NCBI GenBank assembly: GCA_963775685.1
Contig: CAVZJV010000014.1
Coordinates: forward strand, 768,001-832,000
Origin: Candidatus Bathyarchaeota archaeon
GTDB lineage: Archaea; Thermoproteota; Bathyarchaeia; Bathyarchaeales; Bathycorpusculaceae
Direction of reading: 5' to 3'
Length of the DNA: 64,000 bases
Within the stretch, counting starts at the first letter, position 1; each line of letters begins with the position of its first letter. This document shows, one piece after another, positions 1-10,429 of the stretch. The position numbers were made by a program, and so were the translations under genes. Under the pieces are notes generated by a model. That model was not told the origin of the DNA and did not search any database. It was given only the letters and a program-made list of their open reading frames with translations.

Positions 1-98
1 CATGTTTTCGTATCCTGCTATTATAGGTACCATCACTATGATGAAGGCAATTATGAACACGACAATTATTATTTTCTTTGTCATGTGCTGGGTGTCCT

Positions 99-1217
99 CT
101 AGCCAATCAGCCTCTTCAATACGGGCACCTTCTTAAGAGGCACAATGATAGCTAAGCAAAGGAAAAGAGCAAGCACTGTAATTAGTGGAACGCCAACAAT
201 GGAGTTGATTGTGGAGCCGTTAATGGCGAAACCCAAATATCTTCTTTGAAGTGCCTCCAACACTATCAAATGAAACAGAAAAATCGGAAGGGTATTTTCG
301 CTTATGATATGAATAAGTTTTCGCGGTTTGGAGGGACCGGTCAGTTTTATGCCCGTTATATTAGCTTCTTTTTGAGTAGACGGAGTAGGCGCAGTCTTGT
401 ATGAAGGCATATTCACCGTGTTTAAAAGCAAAAAAGCCATAACTGAGGCAAGAATCATCGTTGGGCTTAGATAATCCTGGAAGTAATAGGAGTCCGTTCC
501 TCCGATGTTAAAGGACATGTAGACTGTGCCGATTGCAGCCAATGAAACCGCCAAAACCATCAGTCCAGCAAGGATTTTACGGGGAATTTTTACCTTGAGC
601 AGATAGAGCCCCAAGATATAGTAGCCAACCCAACCCGTGATTGTGAACACTCCAGTATTCACATTATAGGGCGTGAAGTAGCTGATTGCGGGAATGACGG
701 ATGCGCCAACAAACCATAACGCGATTAGGTACTTGATGGTCTTATCGTCTGCATGAGACATCACTATACGCAGGATTGGGGTAATCAGGTAGAGGCCAAC
801 AAGCATGTAGATGTACCAGAACTGCAGGTAAGGACTGGTGAGGAAGCCCTGAATGACGGAGTTGACGGTTACTGGAGTGTTGTCTGCGAAATAGATCCAT
901 ACAAAATACAGCGCCCCCCAAAAAAAGAACGGAAGACCTATTCTTGCCCACCGTTTCTTTAAAAAAACAGTCAGGCTCTCGTTTTTTGAGGGTTGAAGCA
1001 GCAAGGCGCCAGTTAACATAACAAATAAGGGAACACCTATCCGAGCAAAGCTCTGATAAACGTCCACCGTGACCCAGCGGACAACTTCCAATTGACTCAT
1101 AGAGTCAGGCGTTAAATCATTGGTGGCATGTAGAAAGATAACGCCTATAATCGCCAAAGTCCGAATTAGGTCAACAGGAATACCCAGCCCTTTATCTTGA
1201 CTCAACTTCTGCTCCAT
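99..1217 (-). CDS. Acyltransferase family 3 (WecH/OafA-like) integral membrane O-acyltransferase
   Basis: DLIRTLAIIGVIFLH, GVPLFVMLTGALLL and FWYIYMLVGLYL motifs; multiple TM segments. Confidence 0.85.
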   Translation of the reverse strand: MEQKLSQDKGLGIPVDLIRTLAIIGVIFLHATNDLTPDSMSQLEVVRWVTVDVYQSFARIGVPLFVMLTGALLLQPSKNESLTVFLKKRWARIGLPFFFWGALYFVWIYFADNTPVTVNSVIQGFLTSPYLQFWYIYMLVGLYLITPILRIVMSHADDKTIKYLIALWFVGASVIPAISYFTPYNVNTGVFTITGWVGYYILGLYLLKVKIPRKILAGLMVLAVSLAAIGTVYMSFNIGGTDSYYFQDYLSPTMILASVMAFLLLNTVNMPSYKTAPTPSTQKEANITGIKLTGPSKPRKLIHIISENTLPIFLFHLIVLEALQRRYLGFAINGSTINSIVGVPLITVLALFLCLAIIVPLKKVPVLKRLIG

Positions 1218-1313
1218 CTGTCAAATGCCAACTTTAAGGTACATTTTATAAATATAATACCTAAAATACGTGGTTTTAGACTTTGTGGAAAAACCGAGAA
1301 ACACACAGTTAAG

Positions 1314-1985
1314 CTATTTGCCTGCTGAATTTAAAGTGACATATACCACGTTGGCAATAACTTGGGCTCCTTCAACATTGGGATGCACGCCGTCTACAAA
1401 ATACTCTGAATGATTAAGCAAAGGAGCATAAACATCTATCAGGGGCAAACCCGTTTGACTTGCAACCTGTCGAATACTTGGAATCACGTTTTCTATAAAG
1501 TAGGTTTGGCTTAGGCTTGCATTGTTGCTAAAGATTGGCGGAGGCAGCACAAGATAAACTTTGGGTTTGCTGGCGAGCGTTTGGAATTCACGGGTTAGCG
1601 TGGTGTAATCGGCGATGAAGCTTGCGTTTGTCTCGTTGTGGTCAGTGCTTGCGTCGTTTGTTCCCAATGTAACTACAACAATGTCGGGCAGGAACTGCTT
1701 AACAACAAGAAAACCGGTCTTATTCGTCCAAGAACTGTCTGTACCAAGAGAAACTGTGGCGCCTCCAATGCCGAAATTGCCTACGACATAGCTGGGTCCT
1801 AGCAACTGCCAAAGGTCTACTGGGTACTCAGTGCCCGCTGTAATGCTGTCGCCAACGCATGCAACGCGGATTTGGCTAGGTTCGTTACTTGTATCTAGAA
1901 TGGTTGCCAAAATAAGTGTTTCAAAGCCCACCAAAACTATTAGAACTGCAACAGCCATCGCCAACAGTTTCATTTTACGGTTCAT
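1314..1985 (-). CDS. SGNH/GDSL hydrolase with N-terminal membrane anchor
   Basis: GDSIT block I, LGTND block III, DGVHP catalytic DxxH; hydrophobic N-terminus. Confidence 0.9.
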   Translation of the reverse strand: MNRKMKLLAMAVAVLIVLVGFETLILATILDTSNEPSQIRVACVGDSITAGTEYPVDLWQLLGPSYVVGNFGIGGATVSLGTDSSWTNKTGFLVVKQFLPDIVVVTLGTNDASTDHNETNASFIADYTTLTREFQTLASKPKVYLVLPPPIFSNNASLSQTYFIENVIPSIRQVASQTGLPLIDVYAPLLNHSEYFVDGVHPNVEGAQVIANVVYVTLNSAGK

Positions 1986-2106
1986 CCTTTCCGTTAATCA
2001 CGCATTATTTGCATTTAACAGTTAAGCTTGTAATATTTAGCTATTGATTAGCCCCATCGTCAACGGTTGGTAAATTTTGTTTGATGACGTTGCAGTCTTT
2101 TTCTGA

Positions 2107-2292
2107 TTAAAGTCTTTCGACAAATCTCCTGAATCGTTTCACAACAATCAATGACCCCGAACTAATCGTAGTTACTCCAACTATCGTAAAGGCAAAACCT
2201 AGTTCCGCTTGCTGCAAGCCGCAAGCAATCACTAAGACCCCAGCCAATGCCAATATAGTTATGAAGACCCATGTTTCCAAGGGCATTCCCAC
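2107..2292 (-). CDS. Small two-TM membrane protein
   Basis: 61 aa, two hydrophobic stretches and a basic tail; TATA-like sequence just upstream. Confidence 0.45.
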   Translation of the reverse strand: MGMPLETWVFITILALAGVLVIACGLQQAELGFAFTIVGVTTISSGSLIVVKRFRRFVERL

Positions 2293-2420
2293 TTATTTTT
2301 AGTTAGGTGCAGTTATAAATTTTGGCATAAAAACTCTAAATTAAACAATTGATCAACAATTCTACGGTTACAAGCGCTTTAGATTTAAAGAAGCAACGAG
2401 TTTTAAACAATGAAATCTAA

Positions 2421-3626
2421 ATGGTTGATACAAACTCATTCGTGCTTCAATTATCTATTCTATTAGTGGCGGCCATTGCCGGCGGCTTACTGATAAAGAG
2501 GTTTGGTTACCCCGTCGCTTTAGGTGAGCTATTAGTCGGAGTTATTCTTGGACCTTCAGTATTTAACCTAATTTCAGACCAAGCGACAATAAGCGTATTT
2601 GCCGAACTGGGCGCAATTATTCTATTATTCTACATAGGTCTAGAAACAGAGATAGGCGACCTAAGAAAACAGCTGGTGCCTTCAATTTCCGTAGGAGTAC
2701 TGGGAGCATTAGTGCCGTTGGCGCTTTGCTACTATACTGCAATATCTTTGGGAATTTCTAATGATGAAGCACTTTTCCTCGGTGTTGTATTTACTGCAAC
2801 CAGCATTGGTATTACTATCCGATTGTTAAAAGACATGGGCAAATTGTGCAACCCAGTCGGGTTAACGGTTTTAGGTGCAGGCATCGTGGACGATGTTGTC
2901 GCTGTCATACTTTTATCCGTTGTCTTAAGCATATTATCTGGCGGGGTTAATACCTTTGATATAGGACTTGTTGTTGTAAAAGCCATAATATTTTGGGCCA
3001 TCACTATCTTAATAGGTTCAAAAGTTATAGTTCGCATTATCGATAAATTGCGAATCGACGACGAATACCTGATTCTATTAATACTTGCGTACGGCTTTTT
3101 TGCAGCTTATGTTGCCGCAGGCATAGGATTATCCGCAATCGTGGGAGCGTTTGCTGCAGGCTTACCCTTAACAAAAAGACAATGCAAAGTTAAGATGGTG
3201 CTTGAGCAAACCAAAAGTCTTTACATGTTCTTTGTTCCGATATTTTTCATATCAATAGGCACTCTGATTAATCTGAGCGTTTTTGGCCAAGCAGCATTTC
3301 TCGGACTCATAATAACGGCTGTAGCATTCTTGGGCAAGATAATAGGCAGCTTTGTAGCCGCTCGCATGAATAAATTCTCAACCAAAGATTCTCTCAAGAT
3401 AGGAGTTAGCATGACGCCAAGAGGTGAAATGGGCCTCATAATTGCAAGCATAGGATTAACAAGCGGACTAATTTCCACTAACACCTATTCCATTGCAGTA
3501 ATAGCTGTTATCTTAACTACTTTTATTGCGATGCCAATACTCAAGAAGCTTTTGAGCGACAAAAGAGATTCACCTACTGAAGAAAAAAACTCTGAGGGTC
3601 AACAGCAAATTGTCTGCCCTGAATAG
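2421..3626 (+). CDS. CPA2-family cation:proton antiporter (NapA/KefB-like)
   Basis: GELLVGVILGP, LLFYIGLE, TATSIGIT, AGIVDDV, PRGEMG motifs. Confidence 0.92.
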   Translation: MVDTNSFVLQLSILLVAAIAGGLLIKRFGYPVALGELLVGVILGPSVFNLISDQATISVFAELGAIILLFYIGLETEIGDLRKQLVPSISVGVLGALVPLALCYYTAISLGISNDEALFLGVVFTATSIGITIRLLKDMGKLCNPVGLTVLGAGIVDDVVAVILLSVVLSILSGGVNTFDIGLVVVKAIIFWAITILIGSKVIVRIIDKLRIDDEYLILLILAYGFFAAYVAAGIGLSAIVGAFAAGLPLTKRQCKVKMVLEQTKSLYMFFVPIFFISIGTLINLSVFGQAAFLGLIITAVAFLGKIIGSFVAARMNKFSTKDSLKIGVSMTPRGEMGLIIASIGLTSGLISTNTYSIAVIAVILTTFIAMPILKKLLSDKRDSPTEEKNSEGQQQIVCPE

Positions 3627-3826
3627 TCCCGTCATCAAATAGATCGTAGATTCCGCAAAGCTTTAGTCTTTTTTGAACTCAATTGTCCTTTATGCTTATC
3701 TGATTCCCTTTAACCTTTGCTTCCCTGTTTTTAGCTGATAAATAATGTGTGGATAATTTTTATATAGGGAGCAAAAAAGCTACTATGATCGGTAATTTAC
3801 GCATAAAGCAGCTTGAGGTAAGCTAA

Positions 3827-5203
3827 ATGATAGAAATTAAGAATCGAGAAAAATTGATTGAAAACGGACAAACATCCCACATTCGAAAATGTCGAACAGT
3901 AGCTCTTGAGTGCATTGAGCAGGCCTTTAACGCTGCCGATCCAGTACAATTGATGAAGAAAAAAATTAGTTTGCAAAAAAACAATTTCCAGGTTGAAGAC
4001 TGCAAGTTTGATCTGGAAAAGTTCAAGCATATTTATGTGATAGGCGGGGGCAAAGCAGGCGGTAAAATGGCACAAGCAATCGAGGAGGTTTTAGGCGAAC
4101 ATGTGACTGCTGGAATAGTAAACATTCCTTACGGCACGAAACAAAAAACGCATGTCATAGAGCTTAATGAAGCAAGCCACCCTATTCCAAACCAAGCAGG
4201 AGTGGACGGAACTTTTCGCATTCTTGCCTTAGCTGAGCAAGCTGGAGAGAATGATTTAGTGATTTGTTTGATTTCAGGTGGGGGATCAAGCCTAATGACT
4301 CTTCCTCGAGAAGACATTTCACTTGAGGAGCAACAATTAATAACAAATATGCTCCTCAAAAGCGGAGCCGCAATAACCGAAGTCAATATGGTCCGAAAAC
4401 ACCTTTCAATCTTCAAAGGCGGATGGCTTGCCAAAAAAGCTTACCCTGCAACAGTTCTAAACCTTGTGTTGTCAGATGTTATGGGAGATCCATTGGATTC
4501 TATAGCCTCTGGTCCAACAGTTCCAGACTCCTCGACCTTCATAGATGCAAAAAAAATCCTTCAAAGATATAAATTATGGTTGAATGCCCCAGCGTCTATT
4601 CAAAAAATCCTTTTGAGAGGCTCCGAAGGTTTCCTTCCGGAAACACCTAAAGCAGATGATTTAGCTTTTAAAAAGGTTTACAATGTCATTATTGGAAACA
4701 ACCGAACAGTTAGTCAGGTTGCCGTTGACTTCTTGCGTTCTGAAGGACTTAACACTTTGCTATTGCCTAATTTGCTAGAGGGAGAAGCCAAGGAAATGGG
4801 CAAAGTATTGGCAAAATTTGTAGGCGCAATTTTTGTATGTAATAATTCCATTCTCAAACCTCTTGGCGTAGTCGCTGGCGGCGAGACAACCGTAACTGTG
4901 AATGGAAAGGGACTTGGAGGAAGAAATCAAGAAACGGCGTTGTCTGCTGCTTTATCACTCAAAGAACAAGAGGAATGTGTAATTGCTTCTGTCAGTACAG
5001 ATGGAGTGGACGGTCCAACCGATGCCGCAGGAGCAATCATAGACAACTACACGCTCAAACGAGCAATACAGCTAGGAATGACCCCCGAAAAATACCTCGA
5101 GGATAATAATTCTTACAATTTCTTCTTAAAGCTTGATGACCTTATCCATACAGAAGCAACCGGAACCAACGTTAACGACATATCTATTATTGTACGATTA
5201 TAA
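3827..5203 (+). CDS. Glycerate 2-kinase, MOFRL/TtuD family
   Basis: GGGKA, SHPIP, LISGGGSSL, GGETTV, GGRNQE, TDGVDG, TGTNVND motifs. Confidence 0.93.
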   Translation: MIEIKNREKLIENGQTSHIRKCRTVALECIEQAFNAADPVQLMKKKISLQKNNFQVEDCKFDLEKFKHIYVIGGGKAGGKMAQAIEEVLGEHVTAGIVNIPYGTKQKTHVIELNEASHPIPNQAGVDGTFRILALAEQAGENDLVICLISGGGSSLMTLPREDISLEEQQLITNMLLKSGAAITEVNMVRKHLSIFKGGWLAKKAYPATVLNLVLSDVMGDPLDSIASGPTVPDSSTFIDAKKILQRYKLWLNAPASIQKILLRGSEGFLPETPKADDLAFKKVYNVIIGNNRTVSQVAVDFLRSEGLNTLLLPNLLEGEAKEMGKVLAKFVGAIFVCNNSILKPLGVVAGGETTVTVNGKGLGGRNQETALSAALSLKEQEECVIASVSTDGVDGPTDAAGAIIDNYTLKRAIQLGMTPEKYLEDNNSYNFFLKLDDLIHTEATGTNVNDISIIVRL

Positions 5204-5355
5204 AATAGTTGAAGCCAAAGGGTCGTACAAAAAAACTCAGGGCAAATTACTTACTCTTAAAGATAGTATACACACAATTATAACGATCCTTCCATAACTT
5301 TTGAGCGAATGATTTTTTAGAAATGAGCACATAACTTGCGGAGGGGAAAAAAGAA

Positions 5356-6588
5356 TTGAATAAGAATGACTCCGCATTATCATTAGATGCCCACGTGTAT
5401 CTGCATGACATAGAAAAAGCAGATATCTTAGTGGGAATTCCATCTTTCAATAATATTCTCACTGCAAGCTACGTTATCTCTCAAGTAACCAAGGGTTTGG
5501 ACACTTATTTCCCAAATATGCGGTCGGTAATCTTTGTCTCTGATGGAAACTCAAAGGACGACACCTTGAATTCGGTAAAGAAGATTTACTTGCCCTCCGA
5601 AGTAAAGCTAATTCCGGCGATTTACATGGGTATTGCAGGTAAAGGACGGGCCGTCAGGGCTATCTTTGAGGCGGCTAGCCATCTGAAGGTGAGAAGTGTA
5701 GCGTTAGTCGATTCAGATTTACGTAGCATAACTCCTGAATGGATGCGACTATTGATTAACCCAACTTTGGCTGGAACTGGTTTTGTGGCACCATACTACA
5801 ACCGCCGCAAATACGACGGAACAATAACAAACTTCTTGTGTTATCCAGTTACAACAAGCCTTTTCGGCAAGGACATAAGGCAGCCTATAGGAGGCGACTT
5901 TGGGCTTTCTATTGAACTAGTAGAGGATCTCTTAGATTCTTCCATGTGGGAACTCCCTGATGTTAGCCGATTTGGAATTGACATCTTTGAAACCTACACT
6001 GCGCTTGCAAAGGGCTACAAGATAAAGCAAGCCCTACTTGGAGTAAAAAGCCACGATGCAAAGGACCCCTCCAGTCAACTTGCTTCTATGTTCCATCAAG
6101 TGATGAACATTATGTTCGCTTGTATAGAGCAGAATGAGTCGATTTGGAAAGAAATAGTGGGTGTTTCAAAGACAGAAATGGTTGGCGAGGCTAAATACAC
6201 TGAAACGCCCGAGACTATTCAGGTTTCTTTGCCCGCAACCGTAGACGCATTCAAGAATAATTGCGACCAATACAAGGCACTCTATAAATCAATTCTAGAA
6301 CCCGAAATCCAGAGCAAGTTTGAACAATTAAAACAGATAGCAACATCGAACGTAGATTTTCCCTCAGAGATCTGGGCAAAAACTGTCTATTCCTTCATAG
6401 CTGAATTCCACAAAACTCCTGCAATCAGGGATAAACTAATAGATGCCTTGCGTGTCCTTTGGATTGGTCGAGTGGCCGTTTTTCTGAAAGAAACGTGGAA
6501 AGAATCAAGAGAAGATGCAGAACTACGAATCGTTGAAGAGGTAAAAGTTTTCGAAAAATTCAAACACTACTTGATTGAAAAGTATTGA
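5356..6588 (+). CDS. GT-A glycosyltransferase, glucosylglycerate synthase (Ggs)-like
   Basis: VGIPSFNN, SDGNSKD, GKGRA, VDSDLRSI, YDGTITN, RQPIGGDFG, FGIDI motifs; adjacent to glycerate kinase. Confidence 0.75.
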   Translation: MNKNDSALSLDAHVYLHDIEKADILVGIPSFNNILTASYVISQVTKGLDTYFPNMRSVIFVSDGNSKDDTLNSVKKIYLPSEVKLIPAIYMGIAGKGRAVRAIFEAASHLKVRSVALVDSDLRSITPEWMRLLINPTLAGTGFVAPYYNRRKYDGTITNFLCYPVTTSLFGKDIRQPIGGDFGLSIELVEDLLDSSMWELPDVSRFGIDIFETYTALAKGYKIKQALLGVKSHDAKDPSSQLASMFHQVMNIMFACIEQNESIWKEIVGVSKTEMVGEAKYTETPETIQVSLPATVDAFKNNCDQYKALYKSILEPEIQSKFEQLKQIATSNVDFPSEIWAKTVYSFIAEFHKTPAIRDKLIDALRVLWIGRVAVFLKETWKESREDAELRIVEEVKVFEKFKHYLIEKY

Positions 6589-6906
6589 TATTTCCTTTTT
6601 GTGGCTGTGTCAGATGATCTACGACCAGAAGAAAATCAGTTCTTTTTTAGTCAATTAGACGAAGAAATATTGTTTTTGCGCAAATTTGCTGGGCTTGTTT
6701 TGGGTTGCTTTCTTTGTTTGGGCTTTGAAAAACTTGCAGGGTGCGTCTTTAAAAGTCTTAAAAAGTCTGGAAAAGGCGGCTTTTCTAATTGTCTTGAATA
6801 AAATAATATATACGGATTAACGCATCTTTACCGCTCCCCCCGCGTGGGTTTTTCAAGCATCTTCGAAGGTGTCTCCTATAGAAGGATTGTTGCTTTGCTT
6901 ATTGGG

Positions 6907-7990
6907 TCACGACGTGTTGGGTAAATAATGCTGTCGTGAAGCTACATGAAAGGGCGACAGTATCTCTATGTGCGATTTCTTAAATTCGCTAAGAATGTTA
7001 TCGATTAGATCGCTTTTTATGGTTATAATAGCGTTTGGTCTGTTAGTGTAAGCGTTGATTTCATAGGTTATTGCATAGTTACCTAGGTCTTTTAGCAGAA
7101 CAAATGGCTTTTTGTCCGTAGTTGTTACGATTCCGCTTGTTTTTTCTGCGCTTTCGATCAGGAGCGTTTTAGCTTGATCCTTGTCAACATCGTAACCGAG
7201 GGTTATTGAAACATAGATTAGCACTTCTCGTAGGGCACTAAAATTCTTCATCTCTTTGTTCATCACAGTTAAGTTTGGAATGCTTATTATTTCATCTTTT
7301 ATCGTTTTGATTCTTGTGTAAAATACGCCTACTTCAACTATGTCTCCGTAGCTTTCACCGATTTGTACCCTATCACCTGTCTTGAATTCGTTTGTTCCTT
7401 CTAGAACCGTATAAGCTAACACGTTACCAAGAACGCTCGATGTGAACAAACCTAAGATGAATGTTAAAGCAACAATCATCCCTGTTCCTAAGAAACCCAG
7501 CGATCCATGTGCCTATAAACGAGTAAGCCCAAATTAATACAAGAGCAGCTATTACAGTAAAGTAGGTAATGTAAGTTAAGTATCTTGTTGTTGACCTAAC
7601 GGTTTTAATTCTAGATGAAGGATCCCTAACAACTTTTCCGACAACAGGAGATATAGTTACTATTGCTGCTGGTATGATGATTTTTTTGGAAGCTGCCAAT
7701 AAAAACCAGACTAAAAATGAAAGTAATACCTTTTGCAAAACACTGTAAACCATTGATTGCACATTTGCATTACCTACAAAATACAGTAGTCCCGATCTGT
7801 AACTACTTTCTAGAACCGTAAAAAGGAAAATAAAGATTGAAACTCTTAAAGATAACCAAAACAGATATTTTCCTGCTATTGAACCTCTTGTTTCATTCGT
7901 CCTTTTCTGCAAATAGCCTAAACTCCAGGTACAAAATATCTTGTTTCTTGATATATAAAATCTTTTCAAATACCGGTTTCGGCGTTTCAT
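6907..7990 (-). pseudogene. mscS: Small-conductance mechanosensitive channel split by one frameshift near 7490-7500 (possibly a sequencing error)
   Basis: TM N-terminal ORF 7424-7990 and C-terminal ORF 6907-7479 (FKTGDRVQIG, YTRIKT, IPNL, NFS); removing one G from GGG restores ...GFLGTGMIVAL. Confidence 0.8.
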
Positions 7991-8074
7991 CTGTATTCGA
8001 AAAATCCAGGATACGTCAAATCAAAAATGAAAAAACTTGGGTCTTCTGCTAACATTTTTTTGGCTTTCTATCGT

Positions 8075-8833
8075 TTAAGTTAGAGCAATCGACTCGATTT
8101 TTTTCCAAATAGCTTCCCTGTTTTCAGAACTATCAACGAAAAAGGATTTATCCACGATTTTTAACATCGCTAAGTCGTTTGGGCTATCCCCAATACCAAT
8201 GCTGACAATTCTATTATACTGGGTTAAGTACAAATTTATTAGAATTGATGTTGCCTTTCCTTTGTCGCAAGTTCCTAAAGCATGTAAATATCTTCCACCC
8301 ATGGTACAGCAAAGTCCTTCTTTTCTAACTGCATTCAAAAACTCTTCCACATTGCCTTCTAATATTTTGAAGGGCTCACTGTACTCCCTCTTTTTAGCAA
8401 GTTGCGCCAAATGCAGAGGTAAGCCGCTATCTCTTGAAATCTCTTCGGCGGACATGTCTCCAAACCCAACAATAAGGACTCCTGTTTGATTTTTCGAAGC
8501 TGCTAATTTTTCACGTATAGTTCGATAAGGAGTACCAAGTTCAATTATCTTATATCCAAATTTCTGTCGGGTAAATTCATAACTTGACTTAAAGTAATCT
8601 TCAGGTATAACAATGGCAGACCCATTTTCACTTATGAAAGGATCGCTTACTTGCCATTTTTTTCGGTAAAAATCTATTTCACTTCTTGTTTTACTGCTAG
8701 CGAAGACTATAGCGACATCTAAAGATAGGAGCTTACGAATAATTGGCTCTATTTCACCGCATTCATATTTGTCATTTAGGAGACTCCCGTCAAGGTCGGC
8801 AAAGACAACAAGTTTTGCTTCTTTAGCGTTCAA
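8075..8833 (-). CDS. gpgP: HAD-IIB glucosyl/mannosyl-3-phosphoglycerate phosphatase
   Basis: DLDGSLL, SSKTRSE, ENGSAI, REYSEPF, GGRY, GDSPNDLAML; overlaps the upstream synthase gene. Confidence 0.85.
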   Translation of the reverse strand: MNAKEAKLVVFADLDGSLLNDKYECGEIEPIIRKLLSLDVAIVFASSKTRSEIDFYRKKWQVSDPFISENGSAIVIPEDYFKSSYEFTRQKFGYKIIELGTPYRTIREKLAASKNQTGVLIVGFGDMSAEEISRDSGLPLHLAQLAKKREYSEPFKILEGNVEEFLNAVRKEGLCCTMGGRYLHALGTCDKGKATSILINLYLTQYNRIVSIGIGDSPNDLAMLKIVDKSFFVDSSENREAIWKKIESIALT

Positions 8834-10007
8834 TAGCGTTGTCTCTTAGTTTCTCTCTAATATTGGGCATTGCAGCCATAGTTCGTAGCCAATCAGGTAA
8901 TTGGGCTCTTATAGGATTTTCCAAATACTTTCGTCCACCCGAGAGTATAACTGAGCACAAATCATCAACATTGGCTTCTTCTTCATGTCGATCAAAATCG
9001 AGTCTATTACAGGTAGCATCAGCATGATATTGCCGTATTTTATCTTGCGCTAGCCGCCTATAAGCTACTTGAAGACTAGTTAGAAAGGGTGCGGAAACAT
9101 CTATGTTTTCGGTTTCAGTTAATGTCCTCAACAAGGTTACAAAACTATCCTCTGCTGTTTTTAGAAGCCCGCTATTATCAATCTGTTTATGTCTGTGTTC
9201 GTAGAATCCTAGGTCTATTTGGCATATGCGTCCGTAAGAGGCGTTTCTGTAAACCTCAGATAATAAGCCAAGTTCAAGCCCCCAGTCACTTGGCACTCTA
9301 AGATGTGTAGCTAAATCGCAGTAAAGGGCAATTTCGCCAGCTAGTGGATAACTAAACGACTGCAAATATGTTAGGAACCTTGAATAACGGAGTTTTTCCT
9401 GCAAAACTTCTAGCAACGGGTTGATAAATAACCTGTGAATACGCCCATACAACTTCTTGTTATCCTGATTTATCCGCGCGTAATATCCTTTAGAGAAGAA
9501 AAAATCAAGCTTAGGTTCAATAAGAGGATACAGCATTTTGGTTGGTAACATTTTATTGTAGGACATTATGTCAGCATCGTGAACTGCAAAAGCAAAAAGT
9601 TCCAGAGATGCAATACCCATTGCCATCCAAACGTCTTTGCCTTTTCCATATAGCTCTGTTACATCCAGACCTTTCCGCTTAAGTTCCTCTAAAACAACAA
9701 GCACTTCAGGCTTATTACACCAAATTACTTCACATGGAACTTTGAAGGATCGACTAATTCTCAAAGCTTCCTCATAATCCCCTGGGTCTTTGACTGAAAG
9801 AGCAATGAAAACCTTTTTCAGATATTGACACTGATTAATTTCACTGACAATTTTTCTTAGTCCGGGACTCTGAATGTCCTTTCCGATAATGGGTATTATA
9901 AGGCCTGAAGAGAACTTGGCTTTGTAGCTTTCAAGCTGGTTGGACATTGAGTCAAAATCTAAATAGAAATCATGTATGTTTGCTATTTTTCTTTGGTCAA
10001 TGTTCAT
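8823..10007 (-). CDS. gpgS: Glucosyl-3-phosphoglycerate synthase
   Basis: GKGKDVW, HDADI, KGYYAR, YPLAGE, DWGLELG, YEHRHK motifs; coupled to a HAD phosphatase. Confidence 0.85.
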   Translation of the reverse strand: MNIDQRKIANIHDFYLDFDSMSNQLESYKAKFSSGLIIPIIGKDIQSPGLRKIVSEINQCQYLKKVFIALSVKDPGDYEEALRISRSFKVPCEVIWCNKPEVLVVLEELKRKGLDVTELYGKGKDVWMAMGIASLELFAFAVHDADIMSYNKMLPTKMLYPLIEPKLDFFFSKGYYARINQDNKKLYGRIHRLFINPLLEVLQEKLRYSRFLTYLQSFSYPLAGEIALYCDLATHLRVPSDWGLELGLLSEVYRNASYGRICQIDLGFYEHRHKQIDNSGLLKTAEDSFVTLLRTLTETENIDVSAPFLTSLQVAYRRLAQDKIRQYHADATCNRLDFDRHEEEANVDDLCSVILSGGRKYLENPIRAQLPDWLRTMAAMPNIREKLRDNAIER

Positions 10008-10429
10008 AACAATCGCCCATTTCTATTACATATTAGTCTATTTTTGTTTTTTGACCTTTCAAAGGAGAGCTCATGACTCTTATTGAACCTTTTTGTTCCC
10101 CCAACCTAGTGAAGATAAGAATAGAGTAATCTTGGTTATCCTCTTTAATTTCAAAGAGAGAAATGGTTTAGGTCTAAAATAAGTCCACCCCCTTATTAAT
10201 TTATAAGGAATTCGAATAGTAGACGGTTGAAAAAATTTTAGGATTCGCTAAGAGGCATTTCTTAAAATCTATAATGTAGACTTCCAAAGAGAATTCAGTA
10301 ACCTTAATGCCAAAGCATCAATGGCGAGCTGGGAACTAAAGTAAGTTGACTTTCTAAGTCAGCGTAAAACTTTGTTCTTTCAAAGATAAATGCTCCGGTG
10401 AAGAACGTTTAAGAAATGTTCTTACAACT

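Noticed and set aside
6601-6801. 66-aa ORF between convergent genes
   Set aside because: Low-complexity sequence with no motif or ribosome-binding site; treated as intergenic.
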